From Candidatus Micrarchaeota archaeon (GTDB lineage: Archaea; Micrarchaeota; Micrarchaeia; Anstonellales; Anstonellaceae): 33,867 bases of DNA. The translations under genes were made by a program, and so were the position numbers. The stretch covers positions 1 through 33,867 of the forward strand of contig JBDRNY010000067.1 in NCBI GenBank assembly GCA_043810635.1, given 5' to 3'. This document shows positions 8,117 to 17,485 of the stretch, one piece after another (the first letter of the stretch is position 1; each line of letters starts with the position of its first letter). The notes under the pieces are model-generated. The model made no database searches. It was not told the origin of the DNA and worked only from the letters and a program-made list of their open reading frames with translations.

Positions 8117-10651
8117 ATGGTAAGAAAAAGCGGGAGTAGTGAAGTGGTAGTGATGGTGGAAAAGGGAGGGAAAAAAGCAAAAACCCTTGAAGATTTGCCT
8201 GGAATAGGGGCGGTTAGTGCAGAAAAGCTGAGAAAGGCGGGCTATATTGATTTTGAAAAAATTGCATCTTCTTCCCCTTATGAATTGGAAGAGGTGGCAG
8301 ATATTGGAGTGGAAACTGCGAAAAAAGCAATTTCTGCTGCAAGAGATGCGCTTGAAATGGGCTATGAAACTGCTGACATGATACTTGAAAGAAGGAAGGA
8401 AATAAGAAGGATAACTACAGGTTCGAAGGAATTGGATGCCCTTATCGGAGGGGGGGCGGAAACTATGGCAATTACAGAAGCATATGGAAAATTTGCTTCA
8501 GGAAAATGCGTTTCCTCAGATACGCCCGTATTCTATTTTAATTCTGAAGAGCCGCACCTGAAATCAATTGAAGAGGTGTGGGAAAAGTACCATGGGCAGG
8601 AGAAAGAATTTGACACGGGGCTTGCCTGCAAACCTAACCACCCAATATCAGTGCTAAGCCTTGGGCAAAACGGCCTGATGCAAAAAAGCAAAGTGTCAAA
8701 TCTTTATAGGGAAAAAGTTTCCAAAATAATTGAAGTAAAAACCAATCGCGGGGCAGTATTGAAAATTACCAAGCAGCACCCATTGCTGACGCTTGGAAAG
8801 AAGGGGCTGGAATGGAAGTCATGCGGCTTTATTTCAGAAGGAGATTTCGTTGCCTCTGCAGCAGCAGTGCCATTTGGCGGAAAGTCACAAATCAGCGAGG
8901 ATGATTCATACTTCCTCGGGCTTTTCGTGGCAGAAGGAGCATCCAATCCGCTTTCAATCACAAATTTTGATGAAAAGATAAACCAGAAGTTGCATGATTA
9001 TTTGAGAGAAAAATTCGGGCACGAGCCAAAATTCTACAGTGAGAGAGGGAGGACTCTGCTCAGGAATGAAGCAATACCCCTGCTTGGAAAGCTTGCCAGC
9101 ACAAATTCCTCCACCAAATTTGTCCCTGATTCAGTGCTTGCCGGAAGCGATGATATAGTGCGCTCTTTCCTTTCCGGCTATGTGGATGGAGACGGCTTTC
9201 TTTCCAACTGCCCGGAGCTTTGCACAAAATCCCCCCTTCTTGCCTCACAACTTACTTATTTGCTTGCACGCATTGGTGTTTCCTGTTCAGTGAGAACTAA
9301 GAAAGTGGATGAATCTCTTTTTTACAGAGTATTTGTGGCAGAGCAGGAGAGCAAAAGCAATATGAAGGAAGCGCTGACTGCATCTACTAAAGACAGGTCG
9401 CTAATTTCTTGGAAAAATGATGTGAAGCACACTGCATTTGGAGCGCCGTCTGCACCTGCGGGAGCGCTACTTAGAAGAATACATGCAAAGCTTTCTGGCA
9501 CAAAAAGAAAGAGCAACCGGTTTGGAAAAAAGAACCTTAGGGAAGGGAAATACTTCTCACTTTATTGGAATTATCTTGCAAGGAAGCCAGCAAGCATCTC
9601 AATACCACGGGAAAGCCTGCGGCTTGCGGCAAGCTTTTACGACGATAAGCTGGCTGCCATGGGGAAGCATTATGAAGAGCTTAAGAATCCATCATCTGAG
9701 AAAATCCTCCCAGCCCTGTCAGAAATTCCATTCCAAAACTCAGACATCTACGGCAAGCTGGGAATGAAAAAGCAGACTTTTGAAAATTATTTTGTGCGGG
9801 GAGTGCCAAAAGAGAGGCAAACACAGGTTGCGCAGGCAATCCGTGATGCGATAGGGGAGGCAGTTTCAGATAAGGAACTTTTGCATGATTTGCGGACTTT
9901 GAGGATGCTTGCCTACGGGGAGTTTGCATGGGAGAAAGTGATTTCCATTTCAGAAGTTGAGTATGATGACTATGTCTATGACCTTACAGTGGAAGGAACG
10001 CACAACTTTGTTGGAGGATTTAAGCCAATGCTGCTTCATAACAGCCAGCTTGGATTTCAATTGGCAGTAAATGTGCAGAAAAAAGAGGAAGAAGGGGGAA
10101 TAGGGGAAGATACGCAAGTACTTTTTATAGATTCAGAAAGCACTTTCCGCCCTGAAAGAATAAAGCAATTGGCAGAAGGGCAGGGAATGGATGCTGAAAA
10201 AGTGCTGAAAAATATTCATGTTGCAAAAGCAATCAATTCAGACCATCAAATGATATTGGTGGATAAGGCTGATGAGATGGTGAGAAAAAATAATATACGC
10301 CTTATTGTAATAGACTCTCTCACCTCCCACTTTCGTGCAGATTATGTGGGAAGGGGGGCGCTCGGGGAAAGGCAGCAAAAATTAAACAAGCATGTGCATA
10401 CTTTGCAAAGGCTGGCAGACCAGAATAATTTGGCAGTATATATTACAAACCAGGTAATGGACAACCCGGGACTGATGTTTGGGGATCCGACAACTCCGGT
10501 AGGGGGGCATGTATTAGCCCATGCCGCAACATACAGAATATATTTGAGAAAAGGGAAGGAAGAGAAAAGGATTGCGAGGTTGGTGGATTCGCCTTCTATG
10601 CCTGAAGGAGAGTGCATATTTAAAGTAAAGACAACGGGCATTTGCGACTGA
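8117..10651 (+). CDS. radA: DNA repair and recombination protein RadA, interrupted by an intein
   Basis: HhH LEDLPGIG, ITTGSKELD, Walker A GKFASGK/SQ split by the intein, FIDSESTFRPERI, IVIDSL (Walker B), ARLVDSP. GAGGTGA RBS at 8104-8110. Confidence 0.97.
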   Translation: MVRKSGSSEVVVMVEKGGKKAKTLEDLPGIGAVSAEKLRKAGYIDFEKIASSSPYELEEVADIGVETAKKAISAARDALEMGYETADMILERRKEIRRITTGSKELDALIGGGAETMAITEAYGKFASGKCVSSDTPVFYFNSEEPHLKSIEEVWEKYHGQEKEFDTGLACKPNHPISVLSLGQNGLMQKSKVSNLYREKVSKIIEVKTNRGAVLKITKQHPLLTLGKKGLEWKSCGFISEGDFVASAAAVPFGGKSQISEDDSYFLGLFVAEGASNPLSITNFDEKINQKLHDYLREKFGHEPKFYSERGRTLLRNEAIPLLGKLASTNSSTKFVPDSVLAGSDDIVRSFLSGYVDGDGFLSNCPELCTKSPLLASQLTYLLARIGVSCSVRTKKVDESLFYRVFVAEQESKSNMKEALTASTKDRSLISWKNDVKHTAFGAPSAPAGALLRRIHAKLSGTKRKSNRFGKKNLREGKYFSLYWNYLARKPASISIPRESLRLAASFYDDKLAAMGKHYEELKNPSSEKILPALSEIPFQNSDIYGKLGMKKQTFENYFVRGVPKERQTQVAQAIRDAIGEAVSDKELLHDLRTLRMLAYGEFAWEKVISISEVEYDDYVYDLTVEGTHNFVGGFKPMLLHNSQLGFQLAVNVQKKEEEGGIGEDTQVLFIDSESTFRPERIKQLAEGQGMDAEKVLKNIHVAKAINSDHQMILVDKADEMVRKNNIRLIVIDSLTSHFRADYVGRGALGERQQKLNKHVHTLQRLADQNNLAVYITNQVMDNPGLMFGDPTTPVGGHVLAHAATYRIYLRKGKEEKRIARLVDSPSMPEGECIFKVKTTGICD
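8507..10042 (+). mobile_element. Intein (512 aa) with LAGLIDADG homing endonuclease in the RadA Walker A motif
   Basis: Begins with Cys (CVSSDT), block B TKQHPL, LAGLIDADG-like FLGLFVAEG and FLSGYVDGDG, block F VYDLTV, ends HN before a +1 Ser. Confidence 0.95.
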
Positions 10652-10755
10652 ACTTCCTTTACACCTACTTTTTTATTTTTTTATATTCAAACTAATCTGT
10701 TTTTTAATTTCACCCCCCATATCCAGCAAAGCGGCCAAGCAAGCAGGTGAGAATT

Positions 10756-10917
10756 ATGCCCCTAAATATAGAATGTACAAAATGCGGAAAGGAAATTTAT
10801 GACAGTTCGGACATGGTGCAAATAATCGAGGATGCGGGATTTACTGCAACTTATTGCACTGAATGCGGTGTTGAAACAAAAAAAATATTGCAGGAAAGGG
10901 ACAGGTCTATAAAATAA
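10756..10917 (+). CDS. Zinc-finger microprotein (53 aa), not in ORF track
   Basis: CAGGTGA RBS. MPLNIECTKCGKEIYDSSDMVQIIEDAGFTATYCTECGVETKKILQERDRSIK contains two CxxC motifs and has a paralog at 11782. Confidence 0.8.
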   Translation: MPLNIECTKCGKEIYDSSDMVQIIEDAGFTATYCTECGVETKKILQERDRSIK

Positions 10918-10953
10918 ATCTGCATTTATTAATTTTACAAAACTTATGGCAGT

Positions 10954-11736
10954 ATGCTGGAGCATATTCTGCTGGCAAAAATCCTGACATCAATTCTTGT
11001 AGTTGCAGCCCTCTCAATTATTGCAGAATATGCAAGCCCGAAAACTGCAGGCATACTTTCAGGATACCCGACCGCAACAGCGATTGTGCTGTTTTTCTAC
11101 GGGGTTGAAATAGGGCCTGAATTCGCCTCCCAAAGCTCGGTGTACAACCTTGCAGGGCTTTTTGCCATGCAAGTGTTTTTCTACATTTACTACAAATCCT
11201 CGCTTTTTTTCAAAAAATTTGGGATTGTGCTTTCCGCCCTTGCTTCAGTATCAGGCTACCTTCTAGCGGTATATGCGCTGCATTTCATCAAGTTTGACCT
11301 GGCCGGGGCTTTTGCGGTTGCGGTTTTTTCCTCTGTTTTATTTTTCCTCCTGTTTAGAAAAATAAGAAATGAGGATATAGGCAAGCGGGTGAAGCTTACT
11401 CCTGAAGTTTTGCTCGCAAGGGCGTTTGTTGCAGCCGCCATAATACTGATTGTAACCCATGCCGCAAGAAGCCTCGGGAGCACATGGGCGGGCCTGCTTT
11501 CCGCATTCCCGGCAACAGTATTTCCCCTCATAATTATTGTACATGCAACTTATGGCGCAAAATTCGCCCACACAATAATAAAAAATTTCCCGGCGGGCAT
11601 AGGCTCGCTTATGGCATACTCGGTTTTGGTTTGGGCAGCCTATCCTTACTTAGGAGTGTATGTGGGTACCCTGGCAGCATTTGCAGCCGCAACAGCATAC
11701 CTGCTTGTATATAAAATATTTTCGGAAAAAGTGTAG
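10954..11736 (+). CDS. Multi-pass membrane protein with internal duplication
   Basis: About 8 hydrophobic helices. The two halves share a motif (AGILSGYP / AGLLSAFP). Confidence 0.8.
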   Translation: MLEHILLAKILTSILVVAALSIIAEYASPKTAGILSGYPTATAIVLFFYGVEIGPEFASQSSVYNLAGLFAMQVFFYIYYKSSLFFKKFGIVLSALASVSGYLLAVYALHFIKFDLAGAFAVAVFSSVLFFLLFRKIRNEDIGKRVKLTPEVLLARAFVAAAIILIVTHAARSLGSTWAGLLSAFPATVFPLIIIVHATYGAKFAHTIIKNFPAGIGSLMAYSVLVWAAYPYLGVYVGTLAAFAAATAYLLVYKIFSEKV

Positions 11737-11750
11737 GATTTTAACCCCTT

Positions 11751-11769
11751 TCTGCATATATTATGCAGA
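11751..11769. promoter_or_regulatory. Inverted repeat, possible operator
   Basis: TCTGCATA-tat-TATGCAGA lies between a TTTTAA box (about 11739) and the ATG at 11782. Confidence 0.4.
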
Positions 11770-11781
11770 CCGGTGGGCCTT

Positions 11782-11937
11782 ATGCAAGAGGTTAAATGCG
11801 AAAAATGCAGAAAAGAAGCTGATTATGGCGAAAGGTTTGAAATTATATTAGGGGACGGATTTACCCATACATTTTGCAAAAAATGCGGAGAGGAAATGGC
11901 AAACAAAATAGCTGAGAAAAAAGCGGAGAAAAAATAG
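11782..11937 (+). CDS. Zinc-finger microprotein (51 aa), not in ORF track
   Basis: GGTGG RBS. MQEVKCEKCRKEADYGERFEIILGDGFTHTFCKKCGEEMANKIAEKKAEKK; paralog of 10756-10917. Confidence 0.8.
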   Translation: MQEVKCEKCRKEADYGERFEIILGDGFTHTFCKKCGEEMANKIAEKKAEKK

Positions 11938-12011
11938 GTTATTCTATTGTGCTAAATTCTTTTTTTGAACTGTCAGCTCTTAATTTAATCGCCTTGTTGC
12001 ATTTTATTCTT

Positions 12012-12179
12012 TCACATTGAGATGATTTTTCCGATTATTTTTAGTATTAATACAAACAAAACCGCTGCCACCACAAACCCTTTTGGATTGAATTTCATTC
12101 CCCCCATATTGGTATTTGCACTAACTCCCAAAATTCCGGCCTGGGATTGGGGCTGCTGAATTGTTGCTTTAGATGCCAT
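12012..12179 (-). CDS. Preprotein translocase subunit Sec61beta (archaeal SecG-like), 55 aa, not in ORF track
   Basis: MASKATIQQPQSQAGILG...GMKFNPKGFVVAAVLFVLILKII shows the PxSxAG(L/I) motif, KxxP and one C-terminal TM helix. Confidence 0.75.
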   Translation of the reverse strand: MASKATIQQPQSQAGILGVSANTNMGGMKFNPKGFVVAAVLFVLILKIIGKIISM

Positions 12180-12231
12180 ACTCAGATATCCCCTTCAAGG
12201 TTTATAATTTTTTGTAAAAAAGAAAAAAGGG

Positions 12232-12567
12232 TTAATATGGGCGCGGAGAGCTGTTTACCAGCCTCCAGACGCTCATATGAGAAACTCCGAACCTTTTGGC
12301 AATCTCGCGTATGGATATAAATTCGCTCCAATATGTGCGAATAATATCTCCACGCACACTTTCATTGATTGCACGGGAGCGTCCGCTCCCGTTTGAATTT
12401 ATCGGAGTTTTATAATCAGAAGCCTGTTTTCGGTGCCCACTAGACAGGCTTTTATCCTGCTCGCCAAAGTTTAAAGGGGCAAATATGATAAGGAGAATAC
12501 TTATTATATAGACTAGATGTTCTACCAGACTGTAATTGTCCGCTTGCTTCCAGTTCAGACTTTTCAT
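12232..12567 (-). CDS. Helix-turn-helix protein with N-terminal hydrophobic segment
   Basis: GRSRAI...ISIREIAKRFGVSHMSVWRLV is a Hin/resolvase-type HTH. LVYIISILLIIFAPL is hydrophobic. Confidence 0.7.
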   Translation of the reverse strand: MKSLNWKQADNYSLVEHLVYIISILLIIFAPLNFGEQDKSLSSGHRKQASDYKTPINSNGSGRSRAINESVRGDIIRTYWSEFISIREIAKRFGVSHMSVWRLVNSSPRPY

Positions 12568-12670
12568 GCCTTTTCATTTTACTCTCCCCCATCCGCCCTT
12601 CTTGGGCTAACGATGGACAACAAATACTTCGGAAAAAGGATATTTAAACTAATGTATCAAAAAGCCAAAA

Positions 12671-13807
12671 TTATTTTTCAACAAGAGAAGAAGAGTAGTC
12701 CCCCACTTTTTTTGATATTTCCGAAGGCGCGCATATAAGCAATGTTGCCCTCTCTGCGGCAGCTTTTTGCAAAGAAGAAGAAATTGAGGAAAACTCGTCC
12801 AAAGTGCCGACTTTTTCTTTTTTAACAATTTTTATTTTTGCAGGGGAAACAAATTCTGCGGGCGGGCTTACAAAAATTGCTGAATTAAACTTTTCGCATA
12901 ATTTGGATGCAAATTCGGATGAAATAATATATTTCTTCTTTTCCTCTTCAAGCTTGTTCCACTCGATTTCCAATGCCCGCTTGTATAATTTTCTTTCAGA
13001 AAGAAATTTTGCCAATTCTTTTGTTTTTTCATATTTTTTCATTTTTGCAAGCAACAAACTGTCGCCCTCATGCATAACCTCTTCGCTAAACTCGCTGCTT
13101 TCAGAAAATATTTTCAATGCATGCTGAAACATTGCCCTTGCAATCCTTACAGCATGGTGGTAGTAAACAGTATGAAACATTGAAAAGCGGGCAAGCATGA
13201 CAGATTCTGCAGCTTCCAGCCCGCCGAAGTCAACAGCAGGCTCATTATCGCTCCATTTTAATTTTGAAATAATTCTTCCCCAATCAATTACACCGTATGC
13301 CACGCCGGTGTAATGCGCATCACGAAGAAGATAATCCAATCTGTCCGCACCAATATCAGATGAAATCAATTGCCCGTACTCTTCTCCCCCTGCCCAGTCC
13401 GCAATTTTTCTTGCATCATCATTTTCAGAAATAATGTCTGATATGGGTGAAGAGCACATTATTTTTTTCCCAATCTGCTCATGCCTCCCTATTTTTGAAT
13501 GCAATATTTCCTCGCTGTCATGGGAAAATGCCAAATGCCCTATATCATGCAATAATGCCGCAATGCGGAGGCGGGTGCGCTCCGCTTCCCCCAGCTCAAG
13601 CTTTCTTGCCATCTTGTCTGCAATTTTCAAAGTGCCTATTGAATGCTCAAACCTTGTGTGATGCGCGCCTGGATATACGAAGTGAGCCATTCCCAATTGC
13701 CTTATATTCCGCAAGCGCTGAAATTGAAGGGTGTCTATTACTTTTATTTCAATTTCAGAAAGCATTATCTGCCCGTGTATGGGGTCGCGGATTGTTTTTT
13801 TGCTCAT
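12671..13807 (-). CDS. HD-domain phosphohydrolase (SAMHD1/dNTPase-like)
   Basis: IRDPIHG, FQRLRNIRQLG, HTRFEHSIG, LLHDIGH, ADRLDYLLRD and VYYHH. Confidence 0.93.
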   Translation of the reverse strand: MSKKTIRDPIHGQIMLSEIEIKVIDTLQFQRLRNIRQLGMAHFVYPGAHHTRFEHSIGTLKIADKMARKLELGEAERTRLRIAALLHDIGHLAFSHDSEEILHSKIGRHEQIGKKIMCSSPISDIISENDDARKIADWAGGEEYGQLISSDIGADRLDYLLRDAHYTGVAYGVIDWGRIISKLKWSDNEPAVDFGGLEAAESVMLARFSMFHTVYYHHAVRIARAMFQHALKIFSESSEFSEEVMHEGDSLLLAKMKKYEKTKELAKFLSERKLYKRALEIEWNKLEEEKKKYIISSEFASKLCEKFNSAIFVSPPAEFVSPAKIKIVKKEKVGTLDEFSSISSSLQKAAAERATLLICAPSEISKKVGDYSSSLVEK

Positions 13808-13904
13808 GCCTAGTATAATGGTTTTCAAACTTATAAACAGAATTCCGCCTTCTTGTGCAAAATTATAAAGTTTGCCTTTATTCACAAAACAGGGTGTAAT
13901 GGTT

Positions 13905-15200
13905 ATGGCTGATATAAGGGAATTGCGAGAGGATTGTTTCTTGATGCTTCAAAACAAGTATATTGAGATGCATTCCCGAAAAGAGGTGCGGGACGCGATT
14001 ACGAATTGGGGGAATAAGGTTCATGAAATATTAAAGGGCCTTGATTATGAAGAAATGCTTGCCTTGCAACCCGAGGATTTGGATGGAAGGTACGGAGATA
14101 CTGGAGATATTGAAATAGACAGTGCAATAAAAAATTATAATTTGCTTTTAATTTCACTTGGGAATTTCATTAATATGATTCAAGAAAGATATGATTCTGA
14201 GTCTGCATCTGAAGATGAAAAACAAAGCATTGAAGCGGTTTTGTCAAGCGAGGATATGAAAGCATTTTCTCCAAGGCTGCTGAGTTATGCAAATAAATAT
14301 GGGGGAGAAAAGGCGTTTGATCTTTTGGATGCAATCAATGAAATAAAGCAAGCTCTGAAAAAAGTAGAAAAAATAAAAGAAATACAAGGAGGAGAAAAGG
14401 ATGTAGAATACCCTACTCCACGAGGACCTATAAAGGGTCTGAAGCCATTAAGAGAGCAAATTAAAGAAAGGCCTGAAATTGTTGGTAAGGAGCCGGAATT
14501 GGTTGGGAAGGTTGAAGTCGGAAAGCCGAGTATGGAAAGGTTTTATATGCCTGTAAAAAGGCAAATTATTGATGCAACAAAAGGCATTATACCTTCAAGA
14601 GTGGAATTAGAGCCAAGGATGATTGTAGATACTCCGGAAGGGCTCGGGATTGTTGCAGGAAAATGGAAAAGAAGCATGATGGGAAATATGACGGGGACAT
14701 TGCGCGGCATGCTTTATGATATGCTGGCATATGTATATGGAATAGACATTGACAGGGATTATAATAATATTGCAGAATTTATGGCAACAAACTCTGCAGC
14801 AAGCAGGGCTGTAAATGTTAGGAATTTGATTGTATATAGAAATGAGGAAGGAAAGCTTGTGCAAAAAAAGCTGAAAAGCCACCTCTCCCTCCAGCCGGAG
14901 GATATTGTTGTTTTTAAGGCAGAATACATAAAACAGTTTGAGTCGACAGTAAGGTCAATAAAAGGAACATATGTGGGCATTCAAACAAAGCCGGATATTT
15001 CTAAAATTTTCGAATCAAAGCCTGCGAAAAGAAAAATTGAATTAAGAAAGCCTAGAAAGCCTATTGATTTGAAACCCATCACTCCGATAAAAACAAAAGA
15101 TTTGCTAGAAAAAGGAAAGGAAGGAGTTAGGGAAAGATATAAGACAGGGGCATCTTCGGTAGGGAGAAGCCCGTTCAGAAGGAAGAAGCAGGAGCGCTAA
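13905..15200 (+). CDS. Hypothetical protein (acidic helical N-terminus, basic C-terminal tail)
   Basis: Long ORF with purine-rich coding bias and GGGTG RBS; no recognised motif. Start may be 13899. Confidence 0.75.
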   Translation: MADIRELREDCFLMLQNKYIEMHSRKEVRDAITNWGNKVHEILKGLDYEEMLALQPEDLDGRYGDTGDIEIDSAIKNYNLLLISLGNFINMIQERYDSESASEDEKQSIEAVLSSEDMKAFSPRLLSYANKYGGEKAFDLLDAINEIKQALKKVEKIKEIQGGEKDVEYPTPRGPIKGLKPLREQIKERPEIVGKEPELVGKVEVGKPSMERFYMPVKRQIIDATKGIIPSRVELEPRMIVDTPEGLGIVAGKWKRSMMGNMTGTLRGMLYDMLAYVYGIDIDRDYNNIAEFMATNSAASRAVNVRNLIVYRNEEGKLVQKKLKSHLSLQPEDIVVFKAEYIKQFESTVRSIKGTYVGIQTKPDISKIFESKPAKRKIELRKPRKPIDLKPITPIKTKDLLEKGKEGVRERYKTGASSVGRSPFRRKKQER

Positions 15201-16051
15201 GCGCGAGCCCATATTCCTTTTCTTTTTTCAATTGCCAATCCTTCATCAGCCATTATCATCAAAAGCACGGTAACAGCTTCTGGGTTAAGGTTAAGGTTTT
15301 TTGACATTTGGGAAGCAGTACAAATGTTTGCGTCAAGGAGCGCAAATACCGGCTTTTCATATTCACGCAAAAAGGATTTGCGCAAAATATAGAAATTCTT
15401 GTCAAACCCCCTCACTCCCTTCACATCATCCCCTTTCAATTTTTCCTTTATTTTTGGCATCATTTCCCTTGCCTCATATTCGTTTGACAATACCATATAG
15501 CCCAGATTTTCAAGGTGCTCGTATGTATTTATTGCAAGCGCTTTTTTGCTTTTATTTTCATCATCACCGCCCCCAATATTTCCACTGCCCCCATCACTCA
15601 CACCCTCGCCTCGCCGGTCCGCACCTTGAGGGCGGGAGGGCGGGCTTGCTTTTCTTGAGGAGGAATAAAATGCCTTGTTTGAAATATTGTAAACCCCTTT
15701 AGGGTATTTTTTGCTTTTGAATATTATGACTATTTTTTCTCTAAGCAAATTTTTCAAAATTCCAAGCTCTGGGCGGGTTAAACTGGAATGCACAGATTCA
15801 GGAATCCTTTCCTCAAACCTTATCCTGGAAAGCTTGGACAGGAGCGCCTCCTCCTCCCCTTTTTCAACCTGAAAATCCGGAGTTTGTTTTTTTAGTTCAA
15901 ACATTTTCTCTTTCCTGCTTTTTGGCAAAACAAGAAATACCCCTTCCCCTAAAACAGCCAATTCTGCCCCTTCTTCAGAATAAGCTTTTTCCGCGTCAGA
16001 AGGAAGAAGGAGCCAGAGGCGCCCTTTTTCATTTTTTATTATTGGTTTCAT
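15197..16051 (-). CDS. Hypothetical protein with probable C-terminal winged-HTH
   Basis: TASQMSKNLNLNPEAVTVLLMIMADEGLAIEKRKGIW fits a wHTH pattern. Central low-complexity linker. Confidence 0.7.
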   Translation of the reverse strand: MKPIIKNEKGRLWLLLPSDAEKAYSEEGAELAVLGEGVFLVLPKSRKEKMFELKKQTPDFQVEKGEEEALLSKLSRIRFEERIPESVHSSLTRPELGILKNLLREKIVIIFKSKKYPKGVYNISNKAFYSSSRKASPPSRPQGADRRGEGVSDGGSGNIGGGDDENKSKKALAINTYEHLENLGYMVLSNEYEAREMMPKIKEKLKGDDVKGVRGFDKNFYILRKSFLREYEKPVFALLDANICTASQMSKNLNLNPEAVTVLLMIMADEGLAIEKRKGIWARA

Positions 16052-16132
16052 TTAAACACACATCCGACCGGAACAATACCCGGCCCGGCGGGCTTTTTCA
16101 TTTTTTATTATTAAATTCATTCAAATGCTCAG

Positions 16133-16744
16133 TTATGCAACAAGCTTTTTTTGCACTATTTTCCCCGCGGGAGTTTCTTCTGAAAATATTTGCGCCTGGA
16201 ATAAATACAATTTTGCAGAAGCGGATTTCCACATATCCCTCGGAAGCCCGGCTTTTTGGCATACTGCTTCCAAAAATTCTTTTGAATTCCAGTTCCATTC
16301 AATTGCCACCTGGGGAAGAAGAAGGCCTGATGCTGCCCCATATTCAATTATCAATCCGTGGGTGCCTTTTTTCACTTCATTTGCCCTCTCCTCAGGGGAA
16401 GAGGAATGCATTAATTCAGGGGGGGTAAGCACGCTTATTTCAAATACAATATTTTGCAATTCATCTTTTCTTACTGGCTGAAAGCGGGTGTCATGCAGTG
16501 CAGAATGCACTGCTGCCTCAATAACAATGTCTTTCAAGGGCTTGTGGGCCTGTATAAAGCCGATGCATCCCCTTAATTCATTTCTGGGATGGGTGTGAAG
16601 GGTTACAAATATTCCCCTTTTTTCCTCAAAAACCCCCCCTGAAAGAGAGGGGAACGGCTCTTTTCCCTGCAAATACTGGTCAACAGCATTTCTTGCCTGT
16701 TTTACAAGCTTTGCCCCCTCCTCAGCACCAAGCAATTCTGCCAT
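16133..16744 (-). CDS. AMMECR1 domain protein (AmmeMemoRadiSam protein A-like)
   Basis: GIFVTL, LRGCIG, DTRF, EISVLTPP and GLLLPQVA. Confidence 0.93.
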   Translation of the reverse strand: MAELLGAEEGAKLVKQARNAVDQYLQGKEPFPSLSGGVFEEKRGIFVTLHTHPRNELRGCIGFIQAHKPLKDIVIEAAVHSALHDTRFQPVRKDELQNIVFEISVLTPPELMHSSSPEERANEVKKGTHGLIIEYGAASGLLLPQVAIEWNWNSKEFLEAVCQKAGLPRDMWKSASAKLYLFQAQIFSEETPAGKIVQKKLVA

Positions 16745-16874
16745 AATTGCATTATGTGCCCAATCCTTATATCGATATCTTATATCACATAATTCAAAAA
16801 CCGCTTTCTTCCCAAAAAATCAAGTATTATTTGCAACTGATGTATTTTTTATTTTTAAACTAAATAATTAGGAC

Positions 16875-17405
16875 ATGGAATTTGAAGAGCAAATCGCAAA
16901 AGTGAAAAAACCGGAAGAAAATTTGCTTGAAGGGCTTGAAAAAGAATATTGTAAAATAGGGGATAAATTCGGGTATATGCCTGTGCAATCCCCCCTCTTT
17001 CTCTGCCTTAAAAAGAAAGATTCGCAGGTGGGGTTTGAGGTGCAGTTTGGGGGGGAGGAAAAATTTCAGGAAAGTATGAAAAAATTGTCAGAATCCGGCT
17101 CTGATTTGTGCATATTTATAACCTCTTCAAAAGCCCATACAATGAGGCTTGAGGATGCGAGGGCGCTTTTGCTGAGAAAATTTGAAATAAAAGAGCAAAA
17201 ATATATGTTTGTGGATATTGAAACAGGGAGATATGTTAATGCAAACAAGGAATGGGAAAAATTCTCAAGCCAGGTGATGCGCCCTGACTGGGCAAAGCCG
17301 GGCCCTATGCCGAGAAGGCCGATATTTAGAATCAGGAAAAAGGGGGGGAGGCAGAAAAAGATATATGGAAAAAGGAAAAAAGGCAAAAATTGGGAGAAAA
17401 GTTGA
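16875..17405 (+). CDS. Hypothetical protein, possible degenerate restriction-endonuclease-like fold
   Basis: VGFEVQ motif followed by helix/strand, basic tail. Weak assignment. Confidence 0.6.
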   Translation: MEFEEQIAKVKKPEENLLEGLEKEYCKIGDKFGYMPVQSPLFLCLKKKDSQVGFEVQFGGEEKFQESMKKLSESGSDLCIFITSSKAHTMRLEDARALLLRKFEIKEQKYMFVDIETGRYVNANKEWEKFSSQVMRPDWAKPGPMPRRPIFRIRKKGGRQKKIYGKRKKGKNWEKS

Positions 17406-17485
17406 TTTCACGATTTAACAAAAACTATAAAAACATTTAGATGGAAAGTATAATGGGAGATGAAGAGATAAGGTGAGGGATTTTT

